From Nemertoderma westbladi (taxonomy: Eukaryota; Animalia; Xenacoelomorpha): a stretch of DNA of 64,000 bases. The stretch spans positions 1 to 64,000 of the forward strand of contig JAUCBJ010007345.1 of assembly GCA_032718475.1 (NCBI GenBank), read 5' to 3'. The notes under the pieces were generated by a model. The model did not search any database and was not told where the DNA came from. It saw nothing but the letters and a program-made list of their open reading frames with translations. The position numbers were made by a program, and so were the translations under genes. Numbering within the stretch: the stretch's first letter is position 1; each line of letters opens with the position of its first letter. Below are positions 1-12,657 of this stretch, one piece after another.

Positions 1-402
1 ACGTTGTGGGGTCTTCGAGCAGCACGTGTTCAAATGTTCAATGACTGAGCAGCGACTAATTAACAAATTTATGAGGGATTCATTGACCAGCTACAGACAG
101 ACCAATATTGTGACATATATTTTAGTTTAATGTTTGATTCAATTAGAGGCACAAATTAAAAAGGCTACAAATATATAGGGTTGAATAATTAAATTAGTCA
201 CCCATTAAAAGGTAGGCAAATATAAGTTGCAATCTATATAAATTTTTAAATTCAGTAGTGTGCGTGTGTTGTGTATTGATTCCGTAGATTTCATGTTGAA
301 ATAGCGTTCATTAACTTAATTTCTATTTAATTATTCAGGCATACTAATACCCACTTTAAATTAGTTCGTGTGTGTTAAGTGTGTAAGAATTGATTGTTTT
401 GG

Positions 403-892
403 CACGAACCCATTAGGGCACAGAAACTGACGGATTCTTCGCGAATTTCGCAAACGTCGCGAATTTCGCAAACGTCGCAAACTTCGGTAATTTTTTCTAC
501 AATTTTGACTCCTTAAGCAAAAGTGTCCCGAATGAGTTTTTTAACTTTTATTTTTTTGTGATTTTGATTGCTTTTTTATATTAGTGAATGTTCTAGAACC
601 TTAGTAGATTTTTTATGGTATATAGCTAGTATTTTTTACTAGCTAGTAATTTTTGGAAATTATTTTGGTCATTAATATATTCTTCAACAGTTTAACCTGA
701 AATATCATGGACTTTCACATTTTTTATAATTTCTAAAAATACTAGCTAGCAAAAAACACTACCGGTAGCTATCATAAAGAACATATCTACTAATGTTCTA
801 GAACTTTCACCAATAACAAAAAAATTTAAAAACTCTAAAAAATGATTGGTGAAAAATGGCTGGGGTGTCGACAGGGAGAAGTAGGGACCGTG
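403..892. mobile_element. Putative non-autonomous DNA transposon (CAC...GTG ends) with internal inverted repeats
   Basis: Ends cacgaaccc / gggaccgtg are imperfect inverted copies. An internal inverted repeat pairs tagtgaatgttctagaaccttagtagat (~582) with atctactaatgttctagaactttcacca (~785). Flanks ttgg/ttgc are only a near-TSD. Confidence 0.35.
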
Positions 893-896
893 TTGC

Positions 897-968
897 TTAA
901 CCCCTTAGAGCCTATGACGTCCAGTGCATGTCACCATGGACAACACTAAGACATGCAGTGGACGTCAT
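897..968. mobile_element. piggyBac-like transposon end (TTAA + CCC) with a 19-bp internal inverted repeat
   Basis: TTAA at 897-900 followed by cccctt. atgacgtccagtgcatgtc (914-932) and gacatgcagtggacgtcat (950-968) are inverted with 1 mismatch. No matching other end identified. Confidence 0.4.
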
Positions 969-1155
969 GCTGCAATATGCTGCAATACATGTTTCATTGG
1001 AAGGCTCTTGGTCTAGGTATACTGGTGGATAGTATTAAAGACATTTAGTGCTCTTCATGGCAAAAAATCCATTCTGTACTGTAGATAGGCTGTATTGTAG
1101 ACTGTAGTATTAGTGTTAGGTATATGGCGTAATGCCAACCACAGTACAGTAGTAC

Positions 1156-1705
1156 AGACTGACAGTAAGACCGACAGACAGACAGACTAGATTTATGTAA
1201 ACGTGTAAACTGACATCAGAAATGAAATCAGCAACCCTTAACACCCCCATAGCGGGAATGTTGGTTAGTTAGTATACTTTCTTAAGTTTTGACAGACTGA
1301 CTGACAGAAAGACCGACAGACCAACAGCCAGACAGACTAGATTTATTAAACGTGAAAACTGACATCTGAAATGAAATCAGCACCCATTAAAACCCCCATA
1401 ACGAGAATGTTAGTTAGTTTGTATTCTTTTTAAAGTTTTGACAGACTGACTGACTGACAGAAAGACCGACAGTCCGACAAACTAGATTAATGTAAACCTG
1501 AAAACTGACATCAGAAATGAAATCAGCACCCCTTAAAACCCCCATAGCGAGAATGTTAGTTAATTTGAATTGTTTTTTATGTTTTGACAGACTGACTAAC
1601 AGAATGACCGACAGACAGACAGACTAGATTTATGTAAACGTGAAAACTGACATCAGAAATGTAATCAGCACCCCTTAAAACCCCCACAGCGAGAATGTTA
1701 GCGAC
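1156..1705. repeat. ~145-bp tandem repeat, about 4 copies
   Basis: Anchor actagatt at 1186, 1336, 1481 and 1623; each unit contains aactgacatcagaaatgaaatcagcacccc and a GACA microsatellite. Confidence 0.9.
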
Positions 1706-3704
1706 ACGTTTTAATTATTAACCATATTTCGTAAGATATATTTCATCATCGTGTCTGCACGGTATTTCACATAGCGCCCCATTTGGTGATCTCCAGTGAA
1801 TGTTTGGATTTGACCTGACCAAATTGGTTTACTACGGAAGATCCGCAGTGGGCACACCTAAGCGGGTGTGGGCCACTCGGAATCCGACGACGCGGCGCAC
1901 ATATTGACATTTGGCGTATGTACATTTCTTACAGTAGGGAGCCACTGGGTTAAGAGTTTTTACGGTATACTTAATATGAACAAAAAGAAGAAAGTGTTGG
2001 CGATGTATCTGAAAAATAAATAAATAAACGTTGCTCTTTGTATCTCAAGTTGATTTGGATTAGGACAATGTGATACTTTTAACTCCTGCAATAATTCAGG
2101 TGGTTTGATGAGACTGCTTAGGGGTGGGGTGGGGTGTGGGGGGGGGGGGGGGGGGCAACTGAGAAAATGTGACAAAGAAATGGAAAGAAAGGCAATGTTA
2201 TAGTAAATGGATTTGGGTTATGTAATACTCTGTAGCAGCTGCTGGCTCCGAGGTAACTAATTTTGTATAGCCTGGGACTGACTGTCTCTGGGTAGTATAT
2301 TATTGAAGACATAAGTACATGAAGGAGAGATAATGTTTACTTTAGCTTTGATTTATGTTGTCAGCCTGGGGCGTCCTTCCGGTTCAATGAGTTATTGGGC
2401 AGATTTATTACATTGCAAGACTGTTTGATGCTTATGGTATATGAATCGAGGTGAAGTTATCATTATAAACATTGTCAAATTAAACCGAGTTATCAGGATG
2501 GAAAACTCATTTTGTATAATGTAGTATCCTCAGACCACACCTGTGACAAAAATTGATGGATTGGGATAAATAGGGCTGTAGGGTGGGAGTTGGTGTGTAA
2601 GCCGCCTATGGAATCGGAAGAATATATCAAATTGACTGTTTTAATTATAACATTGACCTGCGGAATCAATGAGAATTGTATGGAAGTAGAAATCTAATAT
2701 TTATATCAAACACATGCATGGTACTGTATCCGGGGATTGCCGCCTGTCAATATGTACACGTTCTCTGAACCCAGAGTTATACTGCCGTATTTGGGCGAAT
2801 ACGACAGGCTACTGTACTATACAGTACGTTTGTTGTGGTTAGTGACGGGTTGTTAGTATCTCATGCAAAATAAATGTAGGACTTTGTAATTATTTTGCAA
2901 ATATTGGGACCATGCATTTTCTAACTTACAGGTTTCGTTGCATTGCTTGGATCAAACTTATCCTGTATTCTATAATGCGTGGTATTTTACTCTCCGACAT
3001 CGGTAGAGGTGAAGAGGTGTGTTGTTGGTCTGCCTCTGCCTCATTGGGGCGGGGGGGGGGGGGGGGGGGGGTGTTGGGGCAAGTGTCAGATTTATCTATT
3101 CGTGTTGATGGTTGGTGAGGATTCTACTTCTGGCTAGGTCTGGCCTAGAGTAGAAGCAGTTCCGCGGCAATAATAATATTGCTCCTCAAAAGAGGGCCCT
3201 TACTGCATCAGGGACGCGTTTTTCGACAGAGCCCCGTCAGCTGAAACAGCCAGTGCCGCTAGTCGGTGGGGTTGACTTGTTGACGAGAGGCTATTATGAG
3301 GCGCAATGGGATACGCATTGCGTATCTCCTTTTGTCAACCAATACTGGCCTAAGATATATTTTAAAACATTTGTTTATTAATAATGCAATAACTGAATAA
3401 CCATATAACGGAAAGACAAATCGAATTGAAACTTTTAATTACTAATAATAATTGTGGTGAGAGGTGATTGGAAATCAAGCATATATGTTATGTTATGGTA
3501 GGCAGAGGCAAATGAATTGATGTCTGTTGAGATGTATTGAAGGAGCACTATTCCTTCTACTAGACTACTACAGGTTAGGCCATGTCCTTGTGTGCTAGCC
3601 TAGGCACTGGCTTGGTCAATGACTTTAGCTTTAGCTGCCATTTTAGTAATGTACAACTTCAAGAAATATTATTGGGCACGGCTGCCCTTGTTCATGCCTT
3701 GTTG

Positions 3705-3960
3705 TCACACACACACATACACACACAGAGACTTTTGAAAAACGGCCATAGTATAATTACAGTATATCAGTTCGCTGATGGCTCGCCATTCGTGTCTCGC
3801 CCCACACAAAATACGCATTCACGCAAACAAACAAGTAAAATTAGCCTCGAGATAGCGATAGTTTATGTGCTCGGGAAGAGAGCTTTCGATCATTTGCTCA
3901 GATTGGTGCTCGTGTGTCGGAGTGTATAGCTTGGACAGACTCACAGACTCATAGACTCAC
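3705..3960. repeat. Dispersed short repeat (possibly Helitron/Helentron-derived); second copy at ~5140-5330
   Basis: gacttttgaaaaacggccatagtataatta...cagttcgctgatggctcgccat..gtgtctcgccc occurs at ~3730 and ~5252; gctcagattggtgctc occurs at ~3896 and ~5154; CA/GACA microsatellites adjacent. Confidence 0.6.
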
Positions 3961-4209
3961 AGACAGACAATGCATATTTATATATAACACTAGAAACCTT
4001 CTAGTTCACAAGCTTCTATACAGTCAATCAATCAATGGACAATATCAAACATAAATAAATTAATTAATTAACTTAACAAAACTTTACATGTATAACTGCG
4101 TGTGTAACTGGAAAACTGTATAACTGCAGAGTAGTGGTTAGCGTCCTCGCAAACATAACCTATAGTGCAGTAGGTCACTGCAGCAACTCTATCGTATTAA
4201 AATGGAAGG

Positions 4210-4620
4210 TTGTAATTTCAGACATTTCGCCCCCTAGTGGCAGACTGCCTGCCAAGTGCCAAGTATCAGCAAAAAAGCATTCATAAACAACAAAATTGTA
4301 GGTTTCCTCATTCAGACATTTCATCCCCTAATAGCGGCAGACTGGGGAACTGTAGATTGGTCATCGTCTCCCCAAGCCCAAATACACACCCTTACGGTGT
4401 AGTATACTCTGCTTGGTATCAGCAAAAAAAACATTATAAACATATTGTGTAAAGGACCTAAGTATCAGCTAAAAATCATTATTAATAACAAAATAGGATA
4501 AGATTTTCACTTTCAGACATTTCGCCTCCTAGTGGCAGACTGAAGAACCGCAAACTGGTCGGCGTCCTCCCAACACGCAGCTATGGTCTGGTAGAATTTA
4601 TTCTGCAAAGTGTCAGCAGA
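4210..4620. repeat. Degenerate tandem repeat
   Basis: ttcagacatttc.....tagtggcagactg recurs at ~4217, ~4311 and ~4512, with aagtatcagc motifs between. Confidence 0.6.
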
Positions 4621-5748
4621 GTGGTTACGATGATGCTGTTATAATTTCCTGCTTGCTGATCAGTAATTTCTCAGATAACAAAACAACTGCAGAATAATGC
4701 AATTTTACCTCAAAGACGCATTCATGCAAGTATCAAGTAAATGTGTAAAATAATCAGCCTCGAGATAGCCTTTACAATTCATGTTCACGGGCTCAGGATG
4801 GTCTGCATCATATAGATGAACGCACATGATAGAGTCAAGATCCAACTTGTAGGATGACGGACTGACGACCTGCTAGGCCTACCTCGCTAGCACCCATCCG
4901 GTACATTGCAAAATTGAATAATTGAATCATTTTGTGTTTATGATTATAAACAATATGTGAACTGAAAAAAGCTAATCTAAGATTTACTGCTGGTTCTTAC
5001 CAATGTAAGTCAAGAACCAATCACAGTAGATCCACTCCGCTCTCCTGCTGGGTCCTATTTATTGAGATTACTACTTAACCAACCCAGCCTGCTGCAGGCC
5101 ACCTATGATTGGTCTGCAAGTAGCTAGCTACCTGGCTAACCGATGTATCATTCGCTCAGATTGGTGCTCTTTAGCTGAATATATTAATTTAGATTATGGC
5201 TTCCGACATTTATGGCTACCGACACACACACATGTCACACAGACACACACAGACTTTTGAAAAACGGCCATAGTATAATTATATCAGTTCGCTGATGGCT
5301 CGCCATACGTGTCTCGCCCCACACTCTTCTTATTATAACTGTAATGTAGTAGAATTTTAGTAGTACTGTATAAAAACGTTATTGAAACTCTTTGCAATTG
5401 CCGTAGCACTGTCGAGTTTGAAGAAAAGGTGCTGGAAATGTGTGGGTCTTGGGACACATTAGAACTGGAAGTCAAACAAGTAGCTTCATTATCTGGCTAG
5501 GTTAAATTGTATTTATATATATTTATAATTAAATGCGATTTAAATTCTTTATATATTGAGCTTAATTTATATCGCCCTAGTGTGTGTTATACATAAAAAT
5601 GTACGAACAGTCGTACACGTGTTATATAAATATGTTTTATCCGAGCCCTTGTACTGGTCAAATTATATTACATAATTAAATGCAATTTAAATTGCGTTAT
5701 ATATTGAACTTAATCTATCAGATAGAGATGGCTGCACCAGCACCAGGT

Positions 5749-6006
5749 ATCTGCACCACTATCTGCGCCACTGTCTGCACCACTGTCTGCACCAGTGTTT
5801 GCACCACTGTCTGCACCACTGTCTGCATCACTGTCTGCACGAGTGTCTGCACCACTGTATGCACCACTGTCTGCACCAGTGTCTGCACCACTGTCTGCAC
5901 CATTGTCTGCATCACTGTCTGCACGAGTGTCTGCACCACTGTATGCACCACTGTCTGCACCAGTGTCTGCACCAATGTCTGCATCAATGTCTGCACCACT
6001 GTCTGC
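5749..6006. repeat. 12-bp minisatellite (ctgcaccactgt)n
   Basis: About 21 near-perfect units; explains the low-complexity ORFs in several frames. Confidence 0.95.
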
Positions 6007-7454
6007 TTAACGTTTACACCCTATTACTTATTATTTATCTTATTAGACTTATTGTATTACAAGTTTAAATTTATGTTAAAAAAGTAACTAAATTATTTAT
6101 TTCCAAATCATAATCTATGTTAACATAACGAACTTGAGAATTTAAGTAGAACCGAAAGTTTAATCAAGTTGCTGGGAGCCGAACTCTGAACAGAGAAACC
6201 AAGTCTAACTAACTGGACTGCCGCTAAAAGCCTAAAGCAGAGTTGGAGCAGCGATCTCCAGCAGATAGGCGCTACTAGTTGGCTGTCAATCAATGGGCGG
6301 TTTGTTTGAAGAAATGCCGCCCCGCACTAAACTTTGAATGTAAATTAAATCAACGCTAAAGCCCGTTATCTATTCACACTTTCCACATCAATTTAATTAT
6401 CTACAATGAACTTACATACCAAATATTAATTAAAAATTCATTTGTACAGGCACTTTTAAAAAACGACTTTTTGACATTTTTGCTAAATTAAATTAATTAT
6501 AAAAACGCTTATATTGATAATTGATGTTTCTAATAAATATAATCTGGTTTATAAATAGTGTATGTATAAAGTTGCCGCAATGCTTGGTTAATTATCTAAT
6601 TCTGAAGTGAATAAAATTAACTATTAAATTGGGGTATATTATTGGAAAATATAAAATATGACCAAATTAAAGTAAAAAATAAAATTGGTTTTAAAAATTG
6701 TTGTTCTTCGGGCTTTCAGTAGCAAACAGTACTACTCATATATTATAATTTGATGTGTGTTTGAAATCCTGGGGACTATGTACACCAAAGTTACATTAAG
6801 TTTTATTTTTGATAATATTGACTTTTATTAAAAAAACGATATTTAAAATGGCCATAACTTCGGTTCTAATGAACCAAATTTGCTGAAATTTTCAACATAA
6901 CTTAATAATAGCAATATCGTCAGACCCTGTAAATTTGGTAAAGATCGAACATTTAAAAAAAATGAGTGCCACCGAGATTTGCCCATTATTACAAATCATT
7001 GGCTCTAGGGTAAGGTGGCGCAGCAGGCTGGGGCTCGAGGATGGGGCGGATCTCCCGCTCACTACTTGAAATGCGGCCGAACAGTAGTACAGTACTGCCA
7101 GACTGCTTCAGTTTTAATTATTTACATCATTTCATATTTACAATAGTAGCTAGGTACCTGATTGTTGACATATCTGTATAGGTGGTGGGCGTTTATTTAC
7201 ATTTTTGATAATTAAAAGCACATGTGTTTCCTTTTTTCATTATTATTAATTATTAAAAAAATTATTTCATGAATAATTATTGATTATTAAACAAAATATT
7301 GCATGAATAATTATTGATTATTAAAAAAAAATCGACTCCCCACCTGTCTCTCCCACAGCCACAACACCTCCATTTATCTCCCCCACAACACCTCCACCTA
7401 TCTCAGTATCTCCACCACATCACCTCCACCTATCTCCCCAACATCACCTCCTGA

Positions 7455-8810
7455 AACCCTAGTCATCCATTTTTCCTACGCCTTTAGCGACACGTTTTGG
7501 AACTGACCCCCCACGAAAGCTATAACATTTTGGTCTAAGTAAAATAACCTGATCAAACGGGATAGACTTCCCTTCATCCTTAAAATATATATATTTCCCT
7601 TTCTGTTCTACTGTATACAGCGGATGTGTAATAGGTTAATTTGAACAGTCTAAAACTTTTTTTGATTGTAACGCAGATAATAATTGGTGTTGGGATAAAC
7701 CAACTCACTGTAAAAAAAAGAATCCGTGTCCCCGCCTAACAAATTTATACTACAATTTAATTCGGCTTCAAGGGGCATTAATTTCTCGTAGAAGAAACTG
7801 TAATAATCTAACTTCGAGGTCCAATACAGCTTGGCCTAAAAAAATAGGTTTATGCAAACAAACCGCAGTTTTAGATAGGACGTGACCTGATAGTGAATCA
7901 GTGAACATAATTAAATTTTCGTGATTCGGCTTGGATAATAATAAGTCACATTTCTCGATTGAATTACATAAGCGAAATGAGACACGGTCCCGTATATTCT
8001 CCATGCTTTTCCCGAAAAGCGCATTATTTTTTCCTTTGTGAAACTTATCATAAAAGTCATTGCTTGCAATTTTTCTTTGCTGGGTGTAACTTTCAATAAA
8101 ATCCTTAAAAATGTAACCTTGCTTAAATCTAATAAGTTTATGAACTTTAATCAAGCGCATGCCATGATGAATATAAAAGCGCAATAATTTTACATGCACA
8201 TCGTACTCATACTTATCAAATTGGGTTAACATCAATTTTTTCGTTGAACTATTGAAAATTTTATCACTATTATAATGTCGCCAAAGACTTTTCATGTGTG
8301 GACTGAGATACCTACTATCGAGTTTAACATGCTCGGGTGCAAATGGAAGCTCGGCTGTGGCATCATGAATAGTCGTTGGGTATTCAAGGTCTACAACAGC
8401 AAAATATCCGTATATCGTCAATTTCCAGACTCATGATATCGACACTTTCAACATCCAACCATTCAAAGTCAGATAAGATAAGGATAAGGAATAAGGATAA
8501 GGAGTCAGATAAGGAAGTTTCTCCAACATTGAACCGCTATATAAACTGTTGAAATCTAAATTATATAAATGAGCTTCAGGTTTATTAGGGTCGTATGTTT
8601 CTGTGCCTGGTATATTCGCATTTGCCATATGAAGGTTGGTGTAAGAAACTCCGCCCCTAATGGAATTTTCGAATGTTAAATACATTTAATGGTCTGCAAG
8701 TAGACAAATATGTGACTTGGAAAATCTCAAAGCCGCATCCCAACTAACCCCCGCCATCGTGTAATAGTTCGAGACCTCAAGCGAATAATGTTTAGTACAA
8801 GTGTCCCTCA
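7455..8810 (-). pseudogene. Maverick/Polinton protein-primed DNA polymerase B (pPolB), degenerate C-terminal part
   Basis: Motifs SIRGG, LDFNSLY, ELPFAPE, KNNALFGKSMENIR, KPIFLGQAVLDL, GDTDSFF (~7720) and KRVAKGV (~7480) in order across stops and frameshifts. Confidence 0.9.
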
Positions 8811-9135
8811 ACTAATGTGTGTGTCCCTCATTAATGTTGTGTCCCTCATTAATGTTTGTGTCCCTCATTAATGTTGTGTCTCTCATTAATGTTTGTGTCC
8901 CTCATTAATGTTTGTGTCCTATATCAATGTTTATGTCCCACATTATTGTTTGTGTCCTACATCAATGTTTATGTCCCACATTAATGTTTGTCACCCTGAT
9001 TAATGTTTGTCCCACATTAATGTTTGTGGCGCTGATAAATATCTATCCCTCATTTAATGTTTGTGGCGCTGATAAATATCTATCCCTCATTTAATGTTTG
9101 TGGCGCTGATAAATATCTATCCCTCATTTAATGTT
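8805..9135. repeat. Minisatellite grading from ~21-bp to 39-bp units
   Basis: tgtgtccctcattaatgtt units change into tgtggcgctgataaatatctatccctcatttaatgtt units. Confidence 0.9.
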
Positions 9136-10039
9136 TTTTTCCAAGTTGCTATAAGTTACTCTAGGTTGCCGGATGTTTTGGACAATTTGGTCAGCAACTA
9201 TCAACTTAATTTGAGCAACATTAACTTTTAGTCTCTGTTATATGAGGCATCTTTAACAGCAACAAAATTCGCGTTTACATAGAGCAACTTGATCGGCAAC
9301 CTGAAATGCTTACTAAGTTGCTGATAGAGTTGCTCAAAATGTTGCCATGTACTGTAGAAAAAACAGGTCTTTAATTATTCGTCATGACGTACTGTAAGTG
9401 AACTTTACTTTAACGTAGCTGTAACCCTGTAGCTAGACTTTGTTCTTACTGTAGAGAGAGTACCACCCGTGGCTATATTATGTACTTAGAGTTCCGCTTT
9501 CTTGAATCTAAATTTTGTTCTTATAGTTCTGCGTTTGGCTACATTTTGTTCAATTTGTATTGATACATGATTCTAACTACAGTCCCGTACTTATTTTAGA
9601 AGCAATTTATACAAAAATATCAAAAACTTATGGAGCCCTTTAGAATTTTGAATTCAAAAATTTCCAACATGTGTGCAAGTGTGTTAAGCTATATTGTATG
9701 TAATTATTTGTTATTATTGCGTTTACAGGTAATACTAACACCTGATCATGTGCTAGTTAACATGTTAGAACGCACTTATTAGCTAATAACAAATACGCAC
9801 ATGTATTACGTGCGCACTACGCACTAAATTATTAAGGGTGTAATATTATGGGTTTGTTCAGAAGTGGAAAAAATGGGAGCGCGTCACCGGGGGTTGAACC
9901 AGCGCTATACGCATATAGAATTATATTCCCTAAATGCCGTGGATTTTCAAAATTTTATTTTATTCGAATTAACTTTGTAAAGATTGCTTTGAGTTCTCAT
10001 TAGTATTGGTTCTATCTATTGTGTATCTATCGGTCAAGT

Positions 10040-10126
10040 GGTTCAGTAGCTCAGTTGGTAGAGCGTTGGAAATTATATGTGTAGTAGGTATCGAGTTCGA
10101 ATCCTAATAAGTGCGAATTATTTTTT
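10040..10126 (+). ncRNA. tRNA-derived Pol III-type unit (A box, B box, T6) in the LTR; identical copy at 24748-24834
   Basis: TAGCTCAGTTGGTAGAGC (A box with intact D-arm) at 10047, GAGTTCGAATCC (B box) at 10093-10104, TTTTTT at 10121-10126. Anticodon and acceptor stems do not pair. Confidence 0.7.
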
Positions 10127-10179
10127 GTGCAGAATTTCAACTCATTTAAATTAACCGCTACAAATTAATTGCATTTGTC

Positions 10180-10470
10180 TGTACCAATGAGACCGTAGTT
10201 ATTTGATTGTAACCAATGTTGTGTAAGTTATATATTAGCTGGACCAATAAGCTATCTTTAAAACCTTGTTAGAATCTATAGAACAATCGAGAATTTTCTC
10301 GATTGATTGCGGCACAAATTTGGTATAAAAAGGTGCGATTTCGTTCATTAATCTAATCTACTTTAGTTCACTTACTACTACTTTAGTATACATTATCTTA
10401 TCAATATTCTGTCGTGCTTAGTTTATTCTCAGATTACATTGTATTATAATTGTATCTTCTGTAATAAAGT
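10180..10470 (+). promoter_or_regulatory. Putative LTR Pol II promoter and polyA signal
   Basis: Three CCAAT boxes (~10184, ~10212, ~10244), TATAAAA at 10324, Inr-like ttagtt ~10363 and AATAAA at 10463. Confidence 0.55.
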
Positions 10471-12657
10471 CAGAATATTCTCTCAGCTTTTCTGTTTTAC
10501 TATGGTTTCACTACGGTGAACAAACTCGGGGACAGGATGGCCAGCTAGAGATCGGGCCGCAGCAATGAACGGGAACATCACGGGAATGTAGACGAGAGAC
10601 AACCCGCAATACCATTTAGAGTTATTCGCCCATCGCCTAAAAGGTTAGACAGCGTTCGATCCTTGCTACCTAAGTGTAAGACCAAAAGATCAAAAGGTAG
10701 ACGTAGTGACACGCTGCAAGCCTAAAATTACATCATAGGGACTGTACTGTCTTGATTCAGGAAAAAACCGCAGTAGACCTTCATATTCCTACGGGGGGAG
10801 AGAGGGAGAGCATAAGCAGATACTAGTACGCAGATAGGACGTAGGCACACCGGTACAAGGCATACACATTGGTTAGGGTGCAGCAAACTGTACGCTTAAC
10901 TCTTGCTAAGTACAGGTGTGTGTGCGACTATTTGCCGTACAACGGTGTCCAGTGCATTAGAACTTGTAGGCTAGGGGGGTTGCTGTGTTTTCACCTGAAT
11001 TGGGATTGTACCGTTCAGGCGGTAGGGCAGTTTACGCTAGGCGCAAAATAAATTGAGGCTATCAGGGATATACTAACATCTACCGTGTCCCCGCCAACGC
11101 CCTAATAGGAAGTTACCTGGACTACCTGGGCGACTAAAATTCTAGATAGGAGCCAGGATAGCTATTAGTACCCGTACGCCTACAGTAGTAAACTAACACA
11201 TCTCTTCTTAGTATCAGGGACCTGGTACCTAAAATTGCCGAATTCTGGGCGTAGTATTAACCTTATGCCTGAATTTGAGTCCTGGAAATACGCAAGAGGG
11301 GAAGGAACCTTATCATTCGTGAGTATTGGACCTACAAGTTATAAAATTAGAATATTCGTAAAATGCACACCGTACCCAGTAATTATATATGTGAAGGAGC
11401 AAAACTGCTTTTGACCGTTCAGAATTAACACGCGCGCGTTAGAAATTATTTACACCTCAAAATATATAAAATTAACTTTCGTCCTTACTGCACTTTGCTC
11501 GCTAGTTAGACATCTCCAAATCTGCTCTATACCTAGCTAGCGTCCCTTTGCCCAACCATATAAATCACACCGCGGCAAAGTATACGAGCCTCTTAGTCCG
11601 TCAGTGAGTCAGCCTGATTTTAGGATTCGCTGCGCGGGATTTTGTTTTATCGAAGTTTGTCTGCTCGTAGACTGTTTTCTGCCTCACCGGTTAAAAGAGA
11701 TCGATACTGCAATATATTCGCTTACTTAGGGTTTACTGTTTTGGTGAGAAGGTCGGATTTATGATTTGATTTACAAACTTTACAGTAGGATATTGCAGGT
11801 ATTGTTACCGTCTCTTCCGATAGTAGGAATAGGCGTATCTCTCCAATTTAGTAGGAATATGTTTTACTGAACTACGGTTCGGTAGGACTAAAGTTATTTG
11901 AAAATTTTGTATTTTGAGGTAAAATTTATATTTGATTAGCTAAGTGCTAATTTTTTGGAATAAAATTTGATTTGAACCGCGTGTAAAATATTTTGGAATT
12001 GAATACCGGTGTTTAAAAGGGTTTAAATACCATATTGTACCGGTACAAAATTTTCGTAAAAGTAAAACCTAACTCTTTTGTTTTTTCAGGATTCAGAACT
12101 CATTTCTAGGCTGTAACGGGAGCAAGACCGTGTTTAGCAAGTTTGGGAGATAGATAACTCAACAACTTTGGTTGAGAAAATCGCGTTTCGTCCGCAACGC
12201 TGGAAACGGAAAGGTTCACGTTCGGTTTGTATCTGGGAATCTGTTTTTCTGGAGAATTATTGGAGTGGGTGAGTTCGAAAAGTTGCATAAATAAGTTAGG
12301 CATTACCGTATTAGTTAAAATTATTGTGGGTTCCACTGTCTCAAGTATTTATGCATTCCGTATGATTTCTTTGTTCATTGCTGAATTAGTCCGTATTATT
12401 GTATTTAATTTACCTTTTGATAACGCATATCGTTATCCGATTTATTTGTTATAAAATTGGCCGCTAGGCTAATTTTATTATATACTTATTCCGTGACATT
12501 CATTTGCTGTAAAATTGGCCGTTTAGGCTAATTTTATCCATCTGCTATAAAATCGGCCGGTAGGCTAATTTTATATGACTGTAATTAGTACCGTTTTATA
12601 CAAATACGGTAAACTTGATACTTTGACACTCACTTTACTTGACTTACAACTACCGAA

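Larger units (their letters stand above)
9914..11850 (+). repeat. 5' LTR (1937 bp), TATAGAA...CCAATTTA
   Basis: Direct repeat of 24622-28104 once the MITE is removed; only one substitution seen by eye (A10639 vs G25347). Confidence 0.97.

Noticed and set aside
1960-3330. Possible decayed minus-strand coding region
   Set aside because: Short stop-ridden frames around poly-G runs; I could not recognise any family motif.
5680-6087. Cys/Thr-, His- and Val/Gln-rich ORFs in four frames
   Set aside because: Translations of a stop-free 12-bp minisatellite; no evidence of a gene.
10040-10116. Functional tRNA gene
   Set aside because: Only the D-arm and promoter boxes are retained; anticodon, T and acceptor stems do not pair.
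10633-10662. Second A/B-box-like pair in U5 (tcgcctaaaagg...gttcgatcc)
   Set aside because: Spacing is far too short for a Pol III type 2 promoter and the A box is weak.
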